This document shows positions 48,446 through 59,772 of a DNA stretch of 64,000 nucleotides, piece by piece. The notes below the pieces were generated by a model. It did not search any database and was not told the origin of the DNA. It saw only the letters and a program-made list of their open reading frames with translations. Each line of letters begins with the position of its first letter. Position 1 is the first letter of the stretch. Both the position numbers and the translations under genes were made by a program. This stretch comes from an uncultured bacterium (lineage in GTDB: Bacteria; Babelota; Babeliae; Babelales; Babelaceae), in the NCBI GenBank assembly GCA_963848965.1, contig CAWKFG010000004.1, positions 608,001 through 672,000 on the forward strand, in the 5' to 3' direction.

Positions 48446-50619
48446 TTATGTTAGCAAAGCAGTAGTAATATAGCTCCCATCCTCAGATGGTATCATCATA
48501 CGAATAACGTTTGCTAGCATTTTCCATTGCCCAAGCTTTCGTGCTAACCATAAAGTTCTAGCAGGTACCTTTATAGGGTTGTTTGCCTCTCTTGGGAGCA
48601 TATGAAGCATATCATTAAAGATTCCTAAATTTTCAGATCGTAGAGCATGATCAAGCGCACAATCTTCACTATCATCTTTAAGATAGAGCCCATTACCACT
48701 TTTAGGTATAAGGAGACGCGCTATATCAAAATTTTTGCATAACAGTGCATACATAAGCGCTGTATAACCGTATTTATCTTGTGCATTCACAAACCATTGA
48801 GGGCATGTATCAACAATTGCTTGCACTACATCTCCATCTCCCATAATACTTGCCCACATAAGCACCGTTTGTTTACAACTCGTTCTTTCATACATTCCTT
48901 GAATACAGCTGTTAATTACATCATTTGATGTTTTATAGTTCTTAAACTCAGGAGATTGAAAGACATTAACAAGATAACACACAAAGGGATATTGATGCAA
49001 AGAAGATTGAATCTGGTTACAACTATCAAACGATGAACAGTCTAAGCCGTATGAGACAAGATAAGCAAGTATATCAATCTTCTGATAAGCTATAATATTA
49101 GTAAACCAATCAACAGGAACCGTATTAAGATCAATTTTTACATACTTAAGAAGAATAGCAAGAGGCTCTAGTCTACCAAAGAGAAGTGATTTGATAAATA
49201 TATGCCACATAGCAGCGTCAGACGTAATTTTTAACTTAATCACCTTTTCAAGAGTATCATTATTTGCATATAAAAGAAGCTCTTCTACTGCTCGCTCAGA
49301 AAGAGGCACCCCTAGGTCTATAAGAAAGCAGACAAAACCTTCTCTTTTTTTCAATACAGCCTCTTCTAATACTTGAGTTAAATCTCTGGAGAAGCATTAC
49401 AAGCTTTTGACTGTAAAAGAAGTTGCATAATTTGCGATGTACTATTTCCCAATACTTCTAATGCTTCTCGGATATCAGATCTAATAACTTCAGCGGCTCG
49501 ACGAGTATGAGTAGGAGGTACCAAAGAAATTTTTGCACCTGCTTGTATCAATCTTTGAATTATTCTCTTATCTCTTATCTTTACTGCTTCTATAAGAGCA
49601 TCTCCCTGTTTTACGTTTACTTGTGCTCCCGCTTTTATAAGCTCATCAACAACGTACAAATGCCCGCCTTTTATTGCAGCACACAAAACATATCCTTCAT
49701 GCACTTTGCCAACATAATTAATATCTGCGCCAGCTGTAATAAGCAGCTTTACTGCATTTATATGTCCTCGAGAAGCTGCATGCGTAACAGCACTTATATA
49801 ATCGTGTGAGATCCCATTCGGATTTGCTCCATAATCAAGTAATTTTTGTATAACTTCAACGGAACCTCCACGTGCTGCATATGCAAGAGCTTGGTTATGC
49901 GAGTCTCTAACATCAACACCCTTTTTAATAAGCCTTTCTACAAGGTCAACATCACCTAGTAAAGCAGCATAATTAAGAAACGTTTCTTCTTCGTCTTGTG
50001 GAATCTCTTTAATACGATCCATAAATAGTTTTACAAGCTCCTTATATCCTTTAAAGGCAGCTCTACCAATAGCAGTCCAATGCTCTGTATCTGTAACATT
50101 AAGTAAAGCACCTGCTTCTAAAAGAGCCAAAGCTGTCTCTAAATATCCATATTGAGCAGCTTCTATAAGAGCAAGCGAAAGTTCTCTTTTATTAACTTGT
50201 TTTCCATATGCTTGTATAAGCATTAAAACAATTTCAGTATATCCACGAGCAGCTGCATAGAGCAAAGCAGTAAACCTATTATTTTTAGCATCTATGGTAG
50301 CATGTCGTTCTAAAAGCAAAGAAACAAGGGCCTTATGTCCATAGCGTGCAGCAACCATTAAAGGTGTATCGTTATCACTATTAAGACTATCAACAGATAT
50401 ACCGGTATCAAGCATTTTCTGCACTTCTTCAACATTGCCCTGCACAATTCTTTTAAATAGTTTATCTTGAAGAGCTATATACCGTTGATAGTATACAGAG
50501 CGTACTCTATCATAATCCGAATCTTCACCTGAATCTTCATCGCTTGAATACTCCATACAAATACTAGAGAAACAAATAGTTATTACTAATAAAAAAGCAA
50601 GAAATTGTTTTGAATTCAT
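48446..50619 (-). pseudogene. Secreted ankyrin-repeat gene split by a frameshift (ORFs 49378..50619 and 48446..49354)
   Basis: Near 49383 the reading SPEI* continues in a shifted frame as DLTQVLEEAVLKKREG into the second ORF; the joined architecture matches the 12348 and 44783 proteins. Confidence 0.72.
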
Positions 50620-50749
50620 ACACCAACCTATTGCGATATAAAGTTATAGATGTATCTTACGATAAAGCAAACAAAAAATATAGATAAAGACTCACAAAAT
50701 CTTTTAAAGATTCCGTATGACGAGTTCTATATACAATCTTTAGTATAAG

Positions 50750-52366
50750 TTACTCTAAAAAATGCAGCGCTATCTTAAACTGCCGCCGTAAGAGGTATAA
50801 AGCTCCAAAGAATGCAAGGGACAAAGGTCCTATCCACAGCCAAAGCCCTATGCTATGCAAAAGAAATTCACTATACTGCGGGACAAGAAATTCAATACCT
50901 TTTACTATTACTTTATATGTAAGATAAAAAGGAAGAGAAACCACTGCCAGTTGTCCCAAATACCTCAAAATAAAGAGAAGGAAATTATTGGTATATAAAG
51001 CAAAATTAAATTTATAGCGCAAAACAAGAATAAAAAGAATTGACTGAACTACTGCAGAAAGCGGTGTAGCAATAGCAATACCAAGTGCTCCTAAATAAGG
51101 AACAAACAGACGATTTAAGAGAAAGTTAATAAGCGCTCCTATAAATGTAATAAACGTAGGAAGTAACGTTTCATGCATCGAATAGTAGATACTTAAAATT
51201 ACTTTGTTTAAAGAGAAAAAGAAAAGACCTAGTAAAAAAGCCTGCAATAGAAGTCCTGCTTCTTGTGCTTGTTCTAAAGAAAAATTTCCTGCAATCTTAT
51301 AAAAGATAGTATAGAAAATATCATAAGAAAAAAAGCTCATTAAAAGCATTACTGGAGCAGTTACCCATAAAATAAATTTAGCAGATTCTAATAAATAAAA
51401 ACTTAATCGCTTAGGTGCATACGTAGTTATACGTGAAAAATGGGGAAGCAAAATAGAAGAAAATGCTACAGCAAATGCACCAAGAGCTATTGTCATAAAA
51501 CGTGAAGATAAATTAAGCAATGTTACAGAGCCTGCTGGCAAATCTGAAGCAAATCGAGCGTCAATTAAGAGATTAATTTCTACAGCACTCACACTTATAA
51601 GTGCAGGAAAGAATTTTACCATTACTTCTTTAAAATACTGCCAGGCAATAGCATCAGGCCACAAAAAGCGAAATTTAAGCTTTAGATAAACAATTAAGTA
51701 GACAAGTAATTGTATGAGTGCCCCAAACAGAAGAAAGTAAGCAAAATATTCTACTGGTAATCCATATCTAATTGCTATTATAAGGCCCCCTATATACACA
51801 ACGTTCAATAATGCAGGGCCCCAGGAAGGCACTGTAAAATGATGCTTTGCTTGCATAGCCCCAGCAAGTAATGCTCCACTAAAAATAAATAAAATAAAAA
51901 AGATAAGAATACGAATAAGATTGATTGCAGTTACTAATTCAACTGTTTTATGCATAAAACCAGGAGCAAAGAGCAAAATAACAAGGTGCGGAAAAAAAAG
52001 TACAATGATGCACAACAGTATAATTACTGAGCCTATTACCATATGAGTAAGTGTTAAAAGCTTACTTGCTTCATCTTCATTCTCATTTCTCATTATTTTA
52101 ACAAGTGTAGGAACAAAAGCTGCGCTTAACGCACCTTCTGCAAATATTTTGCGCAACACATTAGGAATCTTAAACGCTATATTAAAGGCATCAGACAAAG
52201 CACCTACTCCAAGATATTTCACTTGCAGCACTTCACGTGCTATACCTAAAAACTTACTTAAAAGAAGTGAACTTCCTACCTGTACTGTTTTTTTTAGAAT
52301 AGATTTTTTGTGTAACCGTGTTTGCATAAACCCTAAAAACCCGTATATCTTTTTATTTTTAAGCAT
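50750..52366 (-). CDS. murJ: Lipid II flippase MurJ (MviN)
   Basis: SKFLGIARE, DAFNIAFKIPN..R.IFAEGALSAAFVP; many TM helices. Confidence 0.94.
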   Translation of the reverse strand: MLKNKKIYGFLGFMQTRLHKKSILKKTVQVGSSLLLSKFLGIAREVLQVKYLGVGALSDAFNIAFKIPNVLRKIFAEGALSAAFVPTLVKIMRNENEDEASKLLTLTHMVIGSVIILLCIIVLFFPHLVILLFAPGFMHKTVELVTAINLIRILIFFILFIFSGALLAGAMQAKHHFTVPSWGPALLNVVYIGGLIIAIRYGLPVEYFAYFLLFGALIQLLVYLIVYLKLKFRFLWPDAIAWQYFKEVMVKFFPALISVSAVEINLLIDARFASDLPAGSVTLLNLSSRFMTIALGAFAVAFSSILLPHFSRITTYAPKRLSFYLLESAKFILWVTAPVMLLMSFFSYDIFYTIFYKIAGNFSLEQAQEAGLLLQAFLLGLFFFSLNKVILSIYYSMHETLLPTFITFIGALINFLLNRLFVPYLGALGIAIATPLSAVVQSILFILVLRYKFNFALYTNNFLLFILRYLGQLAVVSLPFYLTYKVIVKGIEFLVPQYSEFLLHSIGLWLWIGPLSLAFFGALYLLRRQFKIALHFLE

Positions 52367-52465
52367 AGCAAAATACCTATATTTGTAAAAAAGGCGTTAT
52401 TTTATTGCTTTTTGAATTTTTTAATATTTATACTAAAGATAAAGGAGACCGTAGCAAGGATTGTC

Positions 52466-55400
52466 ATGCGTTTTAAAAGTGCCATCTTACTAATAAGCAT
52501 AAGCTTTACACTATCGGTGTTACCGTATGATGTAACATTAGTAGGATCTTTGCAATTTGGTGATGGTCTTGGCAGATTAGCAATAGGACTTATTGAACAT
52601 TTACATAAGAAAGCATCTATTAACTTTATTCCTTCACGTGGTAACGTTAACCTTCTAGATGTTCCTGACGTTGTTAAAAACATTATCGAAAATGAAGATA
52701 GAAATCCTGGCAATGTAGCACTGCTCCTCGATCCTTTATGGCATCTTTCATACACAGCAGCCTATTTTGTACCGCGCTCACCTATAAAGATTGCTTATTC
52801 AATGCTTGAATCTACTGCAATTCCTGAACGCTGGGTTGAACTTCTTAATAATGAGTTTGACGCAGTCGTTGTTCCTGACAAGTTTTATGTTAACGTGTAT
52901 GAGAATTCGGGTGTTAAGATACCTATTTTTGTTCTTCCTACAGGTCTTTATTTAGAAGAATTTTTAGAACAACCGCTCAAAACATGTGCAGGAAAACCAT
53001 TTACCTTTGGTATGTCTGCAGGCTTTTGGCCGCATAAAAACCACCAGCTTCTTCTAGAAGCATTTATTCAAGAGTTTGGCAATTGTCCTGAAGTACAGCT
53101 TAAACTGCATGGCCGCTTTGGTGACCCTGCTATACAAAATGCACTTATACAAAGAATACAAAAGTCAGGTAACACCAATATCTCTTTTCAAACAAAATTA
53201 TTTTCACGTAAAGAGTATTTAGACTTTGTAAAATCATTTGATTGCTATGCTTTTCTTTCACGAGGTGAAGGGTTCTCTAATACCCCTCGTGAAGCAATGG
53301 CACTCGGTATTCCATGTATTTTAAGCAATAACACTGCTCATACAACTATTTGTAACACAGGTCTTGTATACAGTGTACCTGCATCTATTCGAACTCCTGC
53401 AGATTATCGTCCCTTTTTTGGAAGCTTTTGTGGAGAGCAGTTTCAGTGTTCACTCACCGATGTACGTAAAGCATTACGCGATGTGTATGAACATTATCAA
53501 AAGCATTTACAAAAAGCAGCACAAGCTCGTGCTTGGGTAAAGCAGTATTTATACCCTCAGCTTGCAGATAAATATCTTTCTCTTTTAAAGCCCAAGAAAG
53601 TCCTTTTAGGTACTACTAACACTATTACCGACTGGGGGTTAATCACCACCTCAAAAAAACTTTACAATAAATACCAAGCTCTTATTAGAAAGTCTTTACC
53701 TCTACAAAAGACAAATCTTTCATTGTGTGCCATAAAAACACCGCATGATTCTTCTCTATCTTCTTATTTCTTGAATCTGCTACAGTCTCTTTCTTGCGCA
53801 TTTACTTTACTAGAATCACAAACATTTTTAGGAACAGCTGCAGAATTCTTTAAACATGAGCTGAAAGCACTTGAACAAGGAAAGAAAAAAGATTCTCTTA
53901 TACTCATTAATAATATACGTCTTTGTGATGATAAGCTTTCACCGCTTAAGCATCCTACACTCGGTGGGTATCCATCACTCCAAGAGATCAAACAGCTGCT
54001 TAAAGCTATTAATCCTTGCTATAAGGTAATTACCATAGGCGACACTTTAATTGCCTATCCTCCAACAGCAAACTTACAACCATCATGTATCGCTCAAGCA
54101 TGTACCATTAGTCGATTTTACGATGGTATAACTATTCCTATAAGCACTGTCTTGAAAGCAGAAAAATGTATTGCTCATGCACGAGGAGCTGAGCGCTTTT
54201 TTCTTCAAAAGCTTTTTGCAACTTGCTGCACCTATGAAGAAACTGTTAAATATGGTGTGGGGCGTCATTATATTTTGTGGTATGGTCTTATGGCATTCCA
54301 TGAAAGACGGTACAGTGACGCGTATATCCTCTTTACCAATGCATATAATCATGGCCTTACTCATTGGCGTATCGCATGGTATTTAGCACAAGCAGCTTAT
54401 AAAGCTGGATTTTTAAATAATGCACAGTATCATATACAAGAAGCATTAAAGCAAGCTCCTGACTATAAAGAACTTAAAGAGCTTCGCAATACAATTATAC
54501 AAGCTCAACACGAACGTTCAAAATGCGCAAGATATTCTCCCTATGACCTTACAATACTTGGTGTTATCCGCTATGCAGACGGGTTAGGTCGATTACCCAT
54601 TGGTATGATTGATATGCTGTATGATAAACTAAAAATAAACTTTATAAATTCAAGAATTAATAAGTTTGCATGTTTTGATGATGTTTCAGAAGCCGTAAAG
54701 GCTGTTGCCAAAGACATACAAAGGCGACCAGGCAAAGTAGCTCTCTTTTGTGACCTTCTTTGGGTAAATTATGATAAACCATATCTTTTTATACCGTCAA
54801 GCACCATTAAAATAGCATATACTATGGTTGAATCATCTGCAGTACTAGTTCAATGGGTAGAGATACTTAATAGTTATTTTGATGCAGCAGTTGTTCCTGA
54901 TGAATCGCTTGTTGAAGTATATAAGCAATCTGGAGTAAAAATACCCGTTTTTGTCTTACCATGTCCTTTGTACCTTGAAGAATTTTTAGCAAAAGAGCCA
55001 AAAAAGCAACAGAGTAAGCCCTTTGTATTTGGCATTTCTGCCGGCTTCTGGCCACGTAAAAATCAAAAAATGGTCATAAAAGCATTTATCAAAGAGTTTG
55101 GTAATCGACACGATGTACAGCTTAAGCTTCACGGCAGGTTTGGCGAAGAGCCTCCTAAAAAAGAGCTCTTGGATCTCATTAAAAAACATACAGTAACAAA
55201 CATTGAGTTTATTGAAAAAAGCTTTACAAGAGCAGAGTATCTTTCTTTTATGGCTTCACTTGATTGCTACGTTTTTCTCTCTAAAGGAGAAGGTTTTTCT
55301 ATTACTCCTCGTGAAGCTCTAGCACTAGGAATTCCGTGCATTGTTTCTTATAATACAGCACAAAAAACTATTTGTGCTACAGGCTATGTACGCAGTGTGC

Positions 55401-55714
55401 CCTCTTGTATAAAAGAGCCTTCATATTATTCTCATGTTGGAACGCATGTAGGATACGAATTTAACTGTACGTTAAATGATGCACGAAAAGCATTGCGCGA
55501 TGTATATGATAACTATAAGCTTTATCTTCAAAAAGCTCGACAAGGAAGAGAATGGGTCAAACAATACCATTATACCAATCTTAAGCAAAAATTCCTTTCT
55601 TTAGTAAGGCCTCAATCTGTTCTACTTTCAGATCGTAATAGCATTGAAGATACGTATATCGCTACTACTTCAAGGGAACTTTACGAAAAGTATATTTTTT
55701 TAGGTATTCCTTAA
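52466..55714 (+). CDS. Double GT4-like glycosyltransferase with central degenerate domain and TPR-like helices
   Basis: Two copies of DGLGRL..G, KIAY.M.ES, PF.FG.SAGFWP.KN, S.GEGFS.TPREA.ALGIPCI; signal-like N-terminus. Confidence 0.85.
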   Translation: MRFKSAILLISISFTLSVLPYDVTLVGSLQFGDGLGRLAIGLIEHLHKKASINFIPSRGNVNLLDVPDVVKNIIENEDRNPGNVALLLDPLWHLSYTAAYFVPRSPIKIAYSMLESTAIPERWVELLNNEFDAVVVPDKFYVNVYENSGVKIPIFVLPTGLYLEEFLEQPLKTCAGKPFTFGMSAGFWPHKNHQLLLEAFIQEFGNCPEVQLKLHGRFGDPAIQNALIQRIQKSGNTNISFQTKLFSRKEYLDFVKSFDCYAFLSRGEGFSNTPREAMALGIPCILSNNTAHTTICNTGLVYSVPASIRTPADYRPFFGSFCGEQFQCSLTDVRKALRDVYEHYQKHLQKAAQARAWVKQYLYPQLADKYLSLLKPKKVLLGTTNTITDWGLITTSKKLYNKYQALIRKSLPLQKTNLSLCAIKTPHDSSLSSYFLNLLQSLSCAFTLLESQTFLGTAAEFFKHELKALEQGKKKDSLILINNIRLCDDKLSPLKHPTLGGYPSLQEIKQLLKAINPCYKVITIGDTLIAYPPTANLQPSCIAQACTISRFYDGITIPISTVLKAEKCIAHARGAERFFLQKLFATCCTYEETVKYGVGRHYILWYGLMAFHERRYSDAYILFTNAYNHGLTHWRIAWYLAQAAYKAGFLNNAQYHIQEALKQAPDYKELKELRNTIIQAQHERSKCARYSPYDLTILGVIRYADGLGRLPIGMIDMLYDKLKINFINSRINKFACFDDVSEAVKAVAKDIQRRPGKVALFCDLLWVNYDKPYLFIPSSTIKIAYTMVESSAVLVQWVEILNSYFDAAVVPDESLVEVYKQSGVKIPVFVLPCPLYLEEFLAKEPKKQQSKPFVFGISAGFWPRKNQKMVIKAFIKEFGNRHDVQLKLHGRFGEEPPKKELLDLIKKHTVTNIEFIEKSFTRAEYLSFMASLDCYVFLSKGEGFSITPREALALGIPCIVSYNTAQKTICATGYVRSVPSCIKEPSYYSHVGTHVGYEFNCTLNDARKALRDVYDNYKLYLQKARQGREWVKQYHYTNLKQKFLSLVRPQSVLLSDRNSIEDTYIATTSRELYEKYIFLGIP

Positions 55715-55832
55715 GGAAAATTCTTCTTTTTCCTTATAAATCAAGAGAAATTATTGACTTATTAAGTTTTATATTTGTATTTTCAATATAAGAAAATATA
55801 AAGTATATAATATTTAAAGGAAAGGAAAAGTC

Positions 55833-56255
55833 ATGACAAAACTTACATTAGCATTACTTTTTAGCGTTACAGCATATGTTGCGGTACAAGCTATGAACAA
55901 TGACAATAATACAAGCGGAACAACTAGCACAGAGATGACCGGTACTACATCTGGAACAACTGGTACAGCAGATGCAGGTATGACATCAACTATAGGCGCA
56001 CATGGTACAACTGGTACAGAAATGACCGGTGCTTATGGTATGACAGGCGTTGGTGCTACAGGAAGTTATGGAACAACCGGAACAACAGCCGCTGGTATGA
56101 CAGGCGCAGATGTAACAGCAACTACGGGCACAGCTACTACAGCAGATGATACAACAGGATCAACAGCTACTGGTACAGCTGCCGATACAGGTACAACAGA
56201 AACAACAACTGGTACAGGTCAAACTGCTGGTGGTACAGGATCTGGGGCAGCATAA
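55833..56255 (+). CDS. Secreted Thr/Gly-rich low-complexity protein
   Basis: AAGGA RBS; signal peptide ending VQA then MN; TG/GMTG repeats. Confidence 0.7.
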   Translation: MTKLTLALLFSVTAYVAVQAMNNDNNTSGTTSTEMTGTTSGTTGTADAGMTSTIGAHGTTGTEMTGAYGMTGVGATGSYGTTGTTAAGMTGADVTATTGTATTADDTTGSTATGTAADTGTTETTTGTGQTAGGTGSGAA

Positions 56256-56333
56256 GCTCTAAAAACTTTTAATGCCCATTATATCAAGCCTCTTCTTGTT
56301 TATTGGGCATTATTTCAATAAAAAAGGAAGACT

Positions 56334-56522
56334 ATGAAAAAAGTTATTTTGTCACTAGTATGCAGTATAACAGCCTCTTTAGCACTACAAGCTATGGAAC
56401 CAGCTCATAGAGGAGCATATGGTACAGTTCCCCCTGCAACGGGAGTTTATGGAGCAACAGGTGGTGAAGTACGCGGTACTCAGATGAGCAAAGATTTTTG
56501 GACCAATTGGTTTGAGTCTTAA
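56334..56522 (+). CDS. Small secreted Gly-rich peptide
   Basis: AAGGA RBS; signal peptide ending LQA then ME; GAYG and YGATG similar to the upstream gene. Confidence 0.6.
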   Translation: MKKVILSLVCSITASLALQAMEPAHRGAYGTVPPATGVYGATGGEVRGTQMSKDFWTNWFES

Positions 56523-56541
56523 TACTAGATTTTCCAAGTTC

Positions 56542-56572
56542 AAAGGTCTCATGTAAGCATGAGGCCTTTTTT
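56542..56572 (+). terminator. Rho-independent terminator
   Basis: aggtctcatg-taag-catgaggcct followed by a T run. Confidence 0.7.
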
Positions 56573-57257
56573 ATGACTGTATAAGCACCCCATTATGCAA
56601 TTTAAGCACTTTATCTTTCGCAGCTATAATCAAAGAATCATGAGAAGCAATGATAAGCCCCATCTGCCATTCTTTTTGACATGTTCGTAATAGCTCTACA
56701 ATTTCTTTCCCTGTATGCTCATCAAGATGAGCTGTCGGCTCATCTGCTAATAGAAATAGTGGTTTATTAAAAAGCGCTCGCGCAATAGCAACTCGTTGTT
56801 GTTCTCCTCCAGAAAGAGTAGTTGGCACTCGAGAAGCTTTTGAATCAAGTCCTACGCACGATAGTAAATATAAAGCCCTCTGTTGAGCTTGTTTATATGA
56901 CTGGCCTTCAATGAGGCCCTTAAGCATAACATTTTCAATAACTGAAAGTTCATCAATAAGATACGGAGACTGGAATATAAATCCAATAGAACGATTAAGA
57001 AACTCTTGTTTTTGCTTTTTACTAAGCTCTGTAATATCACAGCCATTAAAGTAAATAGAACCTTGTGTAGGTACATCTAAACCAGCAAGAAGATGTAAGA
57101 GGGTAGATTTTCCTGTTCCTGATATGCCAGTTACTATATAGGTCTCATTTTGTTCAAATAGTATAGTAATATTCTGCAATATTGGTACAAGAGCGGTACC
57201 TTGTTTAAACGATTTAGATAGCCCTTTAAGCTCTAAGCTGTATGGTCTATAATCCAT
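56571..57257 (-). CDS. ABC transporter ATP-binding protein (LolD-like)
   Basis: GISGTGKSTLLH, GFIFQ, LSGGEQQRVAIARAL, LADEPT, SHD. Confidence 0.88.
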   Translation of the reverse strand: MDYRPYSLELKGLSKSFKQGTALVPILQNITILFEQNETYIVTGISGTGKSTLLHLLAGLDVPTQGSIYFNGCDITELSKKQKQEFLNRSIGFIFQSPYLIDELSVIENVMLKGLIEGQSYKQAQQRALYLLSCVGLDSKASRVPTTLSGGEQQRVAIARALFNKPLFLLADEPTAHLDEHTGKEIVELLRTCQKEWQMGLIIASHDSLIIAAKDKVLKLHNGVLIQS

Positions 57258-57396
57258 AATAAGCCCTAAAATAAAAGAGTTTTTCGCCTCTCTTTAATGT
57301 ACCCTGAAATGTTACAATTGGAAAGTGTTGTGTTTAGTCTTTGACCTCAGCTAGAATCAAGATAAGGGAACAAATAACCACTGAAGGGGGAGTGTA

Positions 57397-59772
57397 ATGA
57401 AGCCACTAACTAAATCACTTTACGATACAATACCAGACATGCTCCCAGTTGTGCCAACGATGGATGTCGTGGTATTTCCTAATCAGATTGTACCACTTTT
57501 AGTCCTTGATGAGCGTATTATAAACGGGATTAATAAAGCTTTACAAGAAGAATCTAAGTTGGTACTCTTGCTTGCTTCTAAAAAGCAGTCTGATACACAC
57601 CAGGGAGCAATTGGTACAAAGGACTTGTACAAGGTAGGAACTGTTGCATCGGTTATGCGACTTATCAAGATACCTGAAGGAGGCATAAAAATTCTCGTGC
57701 AAGGAATTGCTAAAGCTTCAGTTGCTGATATTGTTGCAGAAAACGATATACTACAGGCTGATGTAGAGCCAGTTATATTTGAAGATTCTGCACAAAGTTC
57801 TGAAGTAATCGCTCAACTTAAAAACATAAAAGATGTAGCTGAGCGTATTTCAAGTGCAGGACATGCATTAAGTCCAGATTTCCACATTATCCTTACAAAG
57901 ATGCATGATCCAGAAAAAATAGCTGACTTTATTTTGTCTCATCTAAACTTACGTGTAGACCAAGCACAAGAGCTTCTTGAAGCACGTACACACAAAGATT
58001 TTCTTGAAGGGCTCTATAAGCAACTGTCTAAAGAGCTTGAAGTAAGTGAGATTCAAGAAAACATTAAAAATCGTGCTCGTGACTCTATGAATAAATCTCA
58101 GAAAGAGTTTTATTTACGAGAGCAATTACGGGCTATTAAAAAAGAGCTTGGTGAAGACGAATCTGATGATGTTGACCGTATGCGCAGCAAAGCAGCAGAG
58201 TTACCATTACCAGATGATGTGCGTACTGAAGTGCAAAGACAGCTTAATCGCCTTGAAAAAACATCTCCTGATTCTATGGAAGCTGCAGTTACTAGGAGCC
58301 ATCTTGAATGGATTTTAGCATTACCGTGGGGCAAAGAAACTACAGATAACTTAGATATTGCACGTGCAAAAACGATCTTAGATGAAGATCATTATGGCCT
58401 CAAGGAAATTAAAGAGCGCATTTTAGACTTTATCTCTATTCGGCAACTCAAAGGAGATAGTTATTCACCTATTCTTTGTTTTGCAGGACCTCCAGGAACA
58501 GGTAAGACATCACTTGGCAAATCGATTGCTCGAAGCCTTGGAAGAAAATTCTTCAGAGTTTCATTAGGTGGCGTAAAAGATGAAGCTGAAATACGAGGAC
58601 ATAGAAGAACGTATGTTGGCGCTATGCCTGGCCGCTTTATCCAGGGTATTAGAAAATCTGGGTCATATAATCCTGTCATTATCATAGATGAGCTTGACAA
58701 AATAGGTGCGGATTTTAGAGGAGATCCATCAGCTGCGATGCTTGAAGTACTTGATCCGCAACAGAACAAGAGCTTTTATGATAACTATTTAGGGATACCT
58801 TTTGATCTTTCTAAAGTGCTCTTTATTGCAACTGCAAATAACATAGAGACTCTGTCAGAGCCATTAAAAGATAGAATGGAAATTATTAATCTTGCCGGCT
58901 ATACTCTAGAAGAAAAGCTTGAGATAGCACAGCGCTATTTAATAAAAAAAGCGAAGGAAGAATCTGGACTTCAAGATCAGCCTCTTACCTTTACTCCTGA
59001 TACGCTTACTGATATCATTACTAATTATACGCGAGAAGCAGGTGTTCGCGAATTAGAACGACTTATTAAAAAGTTATGTTCTAAAGCAGCACGTGCTCTT
59101 GTAGAAAAAGGTGAAACCCTTTCATTTACTTCTGATACGATTGAACTCTATCTCGGGCCACGCAAGTTTGGACAAATAGATGCCTATAATGAAAATCATG
59201 TAGGTATAACAAATGGTCTTGCATGGACAGCATACGGCGGAGAGATTATTCGTATCGAAGCAGTAGTAATGCCAGGAAAAGGAAAACTTATACTTACAGG
59301 ATCTCTTGGTAATGTTATGAAAGAATCTGCAGAAGCAGCTCGGAGTTATGCTCGTGCACATGCACAAGAGTTTAACATTGATCCAAAAATGTTTACGCAG
59401 TATGATCTTCATATTCATGTACCTGGTGGCGGAATACCAAAAGATGGTCCATCTGCTGGAGTAACATTACTCTCTTCCATTTTATCTGCACTTACTGGCC
59501 GTCCTATAGACGCTCGGTATGCAATGACTGGAGAGCTTAACCTGCGAGGAAACATTATGCCTATTGGTGGCGTAAAAGAAAAGATTCTTGCAGCAAAAAG
59601 GAACCAAGTTCCTCATGTAATATTACCGCATAAGAACAAAAGCGATCTTGTCGGTGCAGAAGATATTACAATAGGAATTGAAGTTATTTGGGTAAATCAT
59701 GCAGATGAAGTATTAAGTAAAGTACTTTTGCCACTTGAAGGAGATACCAAAAAGGATTTAGGTCGACATTAA
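57397..59772 (+). CDS. lon: ATP-dependent Lon protease
   Basis: Lon N-domain, GPPGTGKTS, IRGHRRTYVGAMPG, PKDGPSAG, GGVKEK. Confidence 0.97.
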   Translation: MKPLTKSLYDTIPDMLPVVPTMDVVVFPNQIVPLLVLDERIINGINKALQEESKLVLLLASKKQSDTHQGAIGTKDLYKVGTVASVMRLIKIPEGGIKILVQGIAKASVADIVAENDILQADVEPVIFEDSAQSSEVIAQLKNIKDVAERISSAGHALSPDFHIILTKMHDPEKIADFILSHLNLRVDQAQELLEARTHKDFLEGLYKQLSKELEVSEIQENIKNRARDSMNKSQKEFYLREQLRAIKKELGEDESDDVDRMRSKAAELPLPDDVRTEVQRQLNRLEKTSPDSMEAAVTRSHLEWILALPWGKETTDNLDIARAKTILDEDHYGLKEIKERILDFISIRQLKGDSYSPILCFAGPPGTGKTSLGKSIARSLGRKFFRVSLGGVKDEAEIRGHRRTYVGAMPGRFIQGIRKSGSYNPVIIIDELDKIGADFRGDPSAAMLEVLDPQQNKSFYDNYLGIPFDLSKVLFIATANNIETLSEPLKDRMEIINLAGYTLEEKLEIAQRYLIKKAKEESGLQDQPLTFTPDTLTDIITNYTREAGVRELERLIKKLCSKAARALVEKGETLSFTSDTIELYLGPRKFGQIDAYNENHVGITNGLAWTAYGGEIIRIEAVVMPGKGKLILTGSLGNVMKESAEAARSYARAHAQEFNIDPKMFTQYDLHIHVPGGGIPKDGPSAGVTLLSSILSALTGRPIDARYAMTGELNLRGNIMPIGGVKEKILAAKRNQVPHVILPHKNKSDLVGAEDITIGIEVIWVNHADEVLSKVLLPLEGDTKKDLGRH

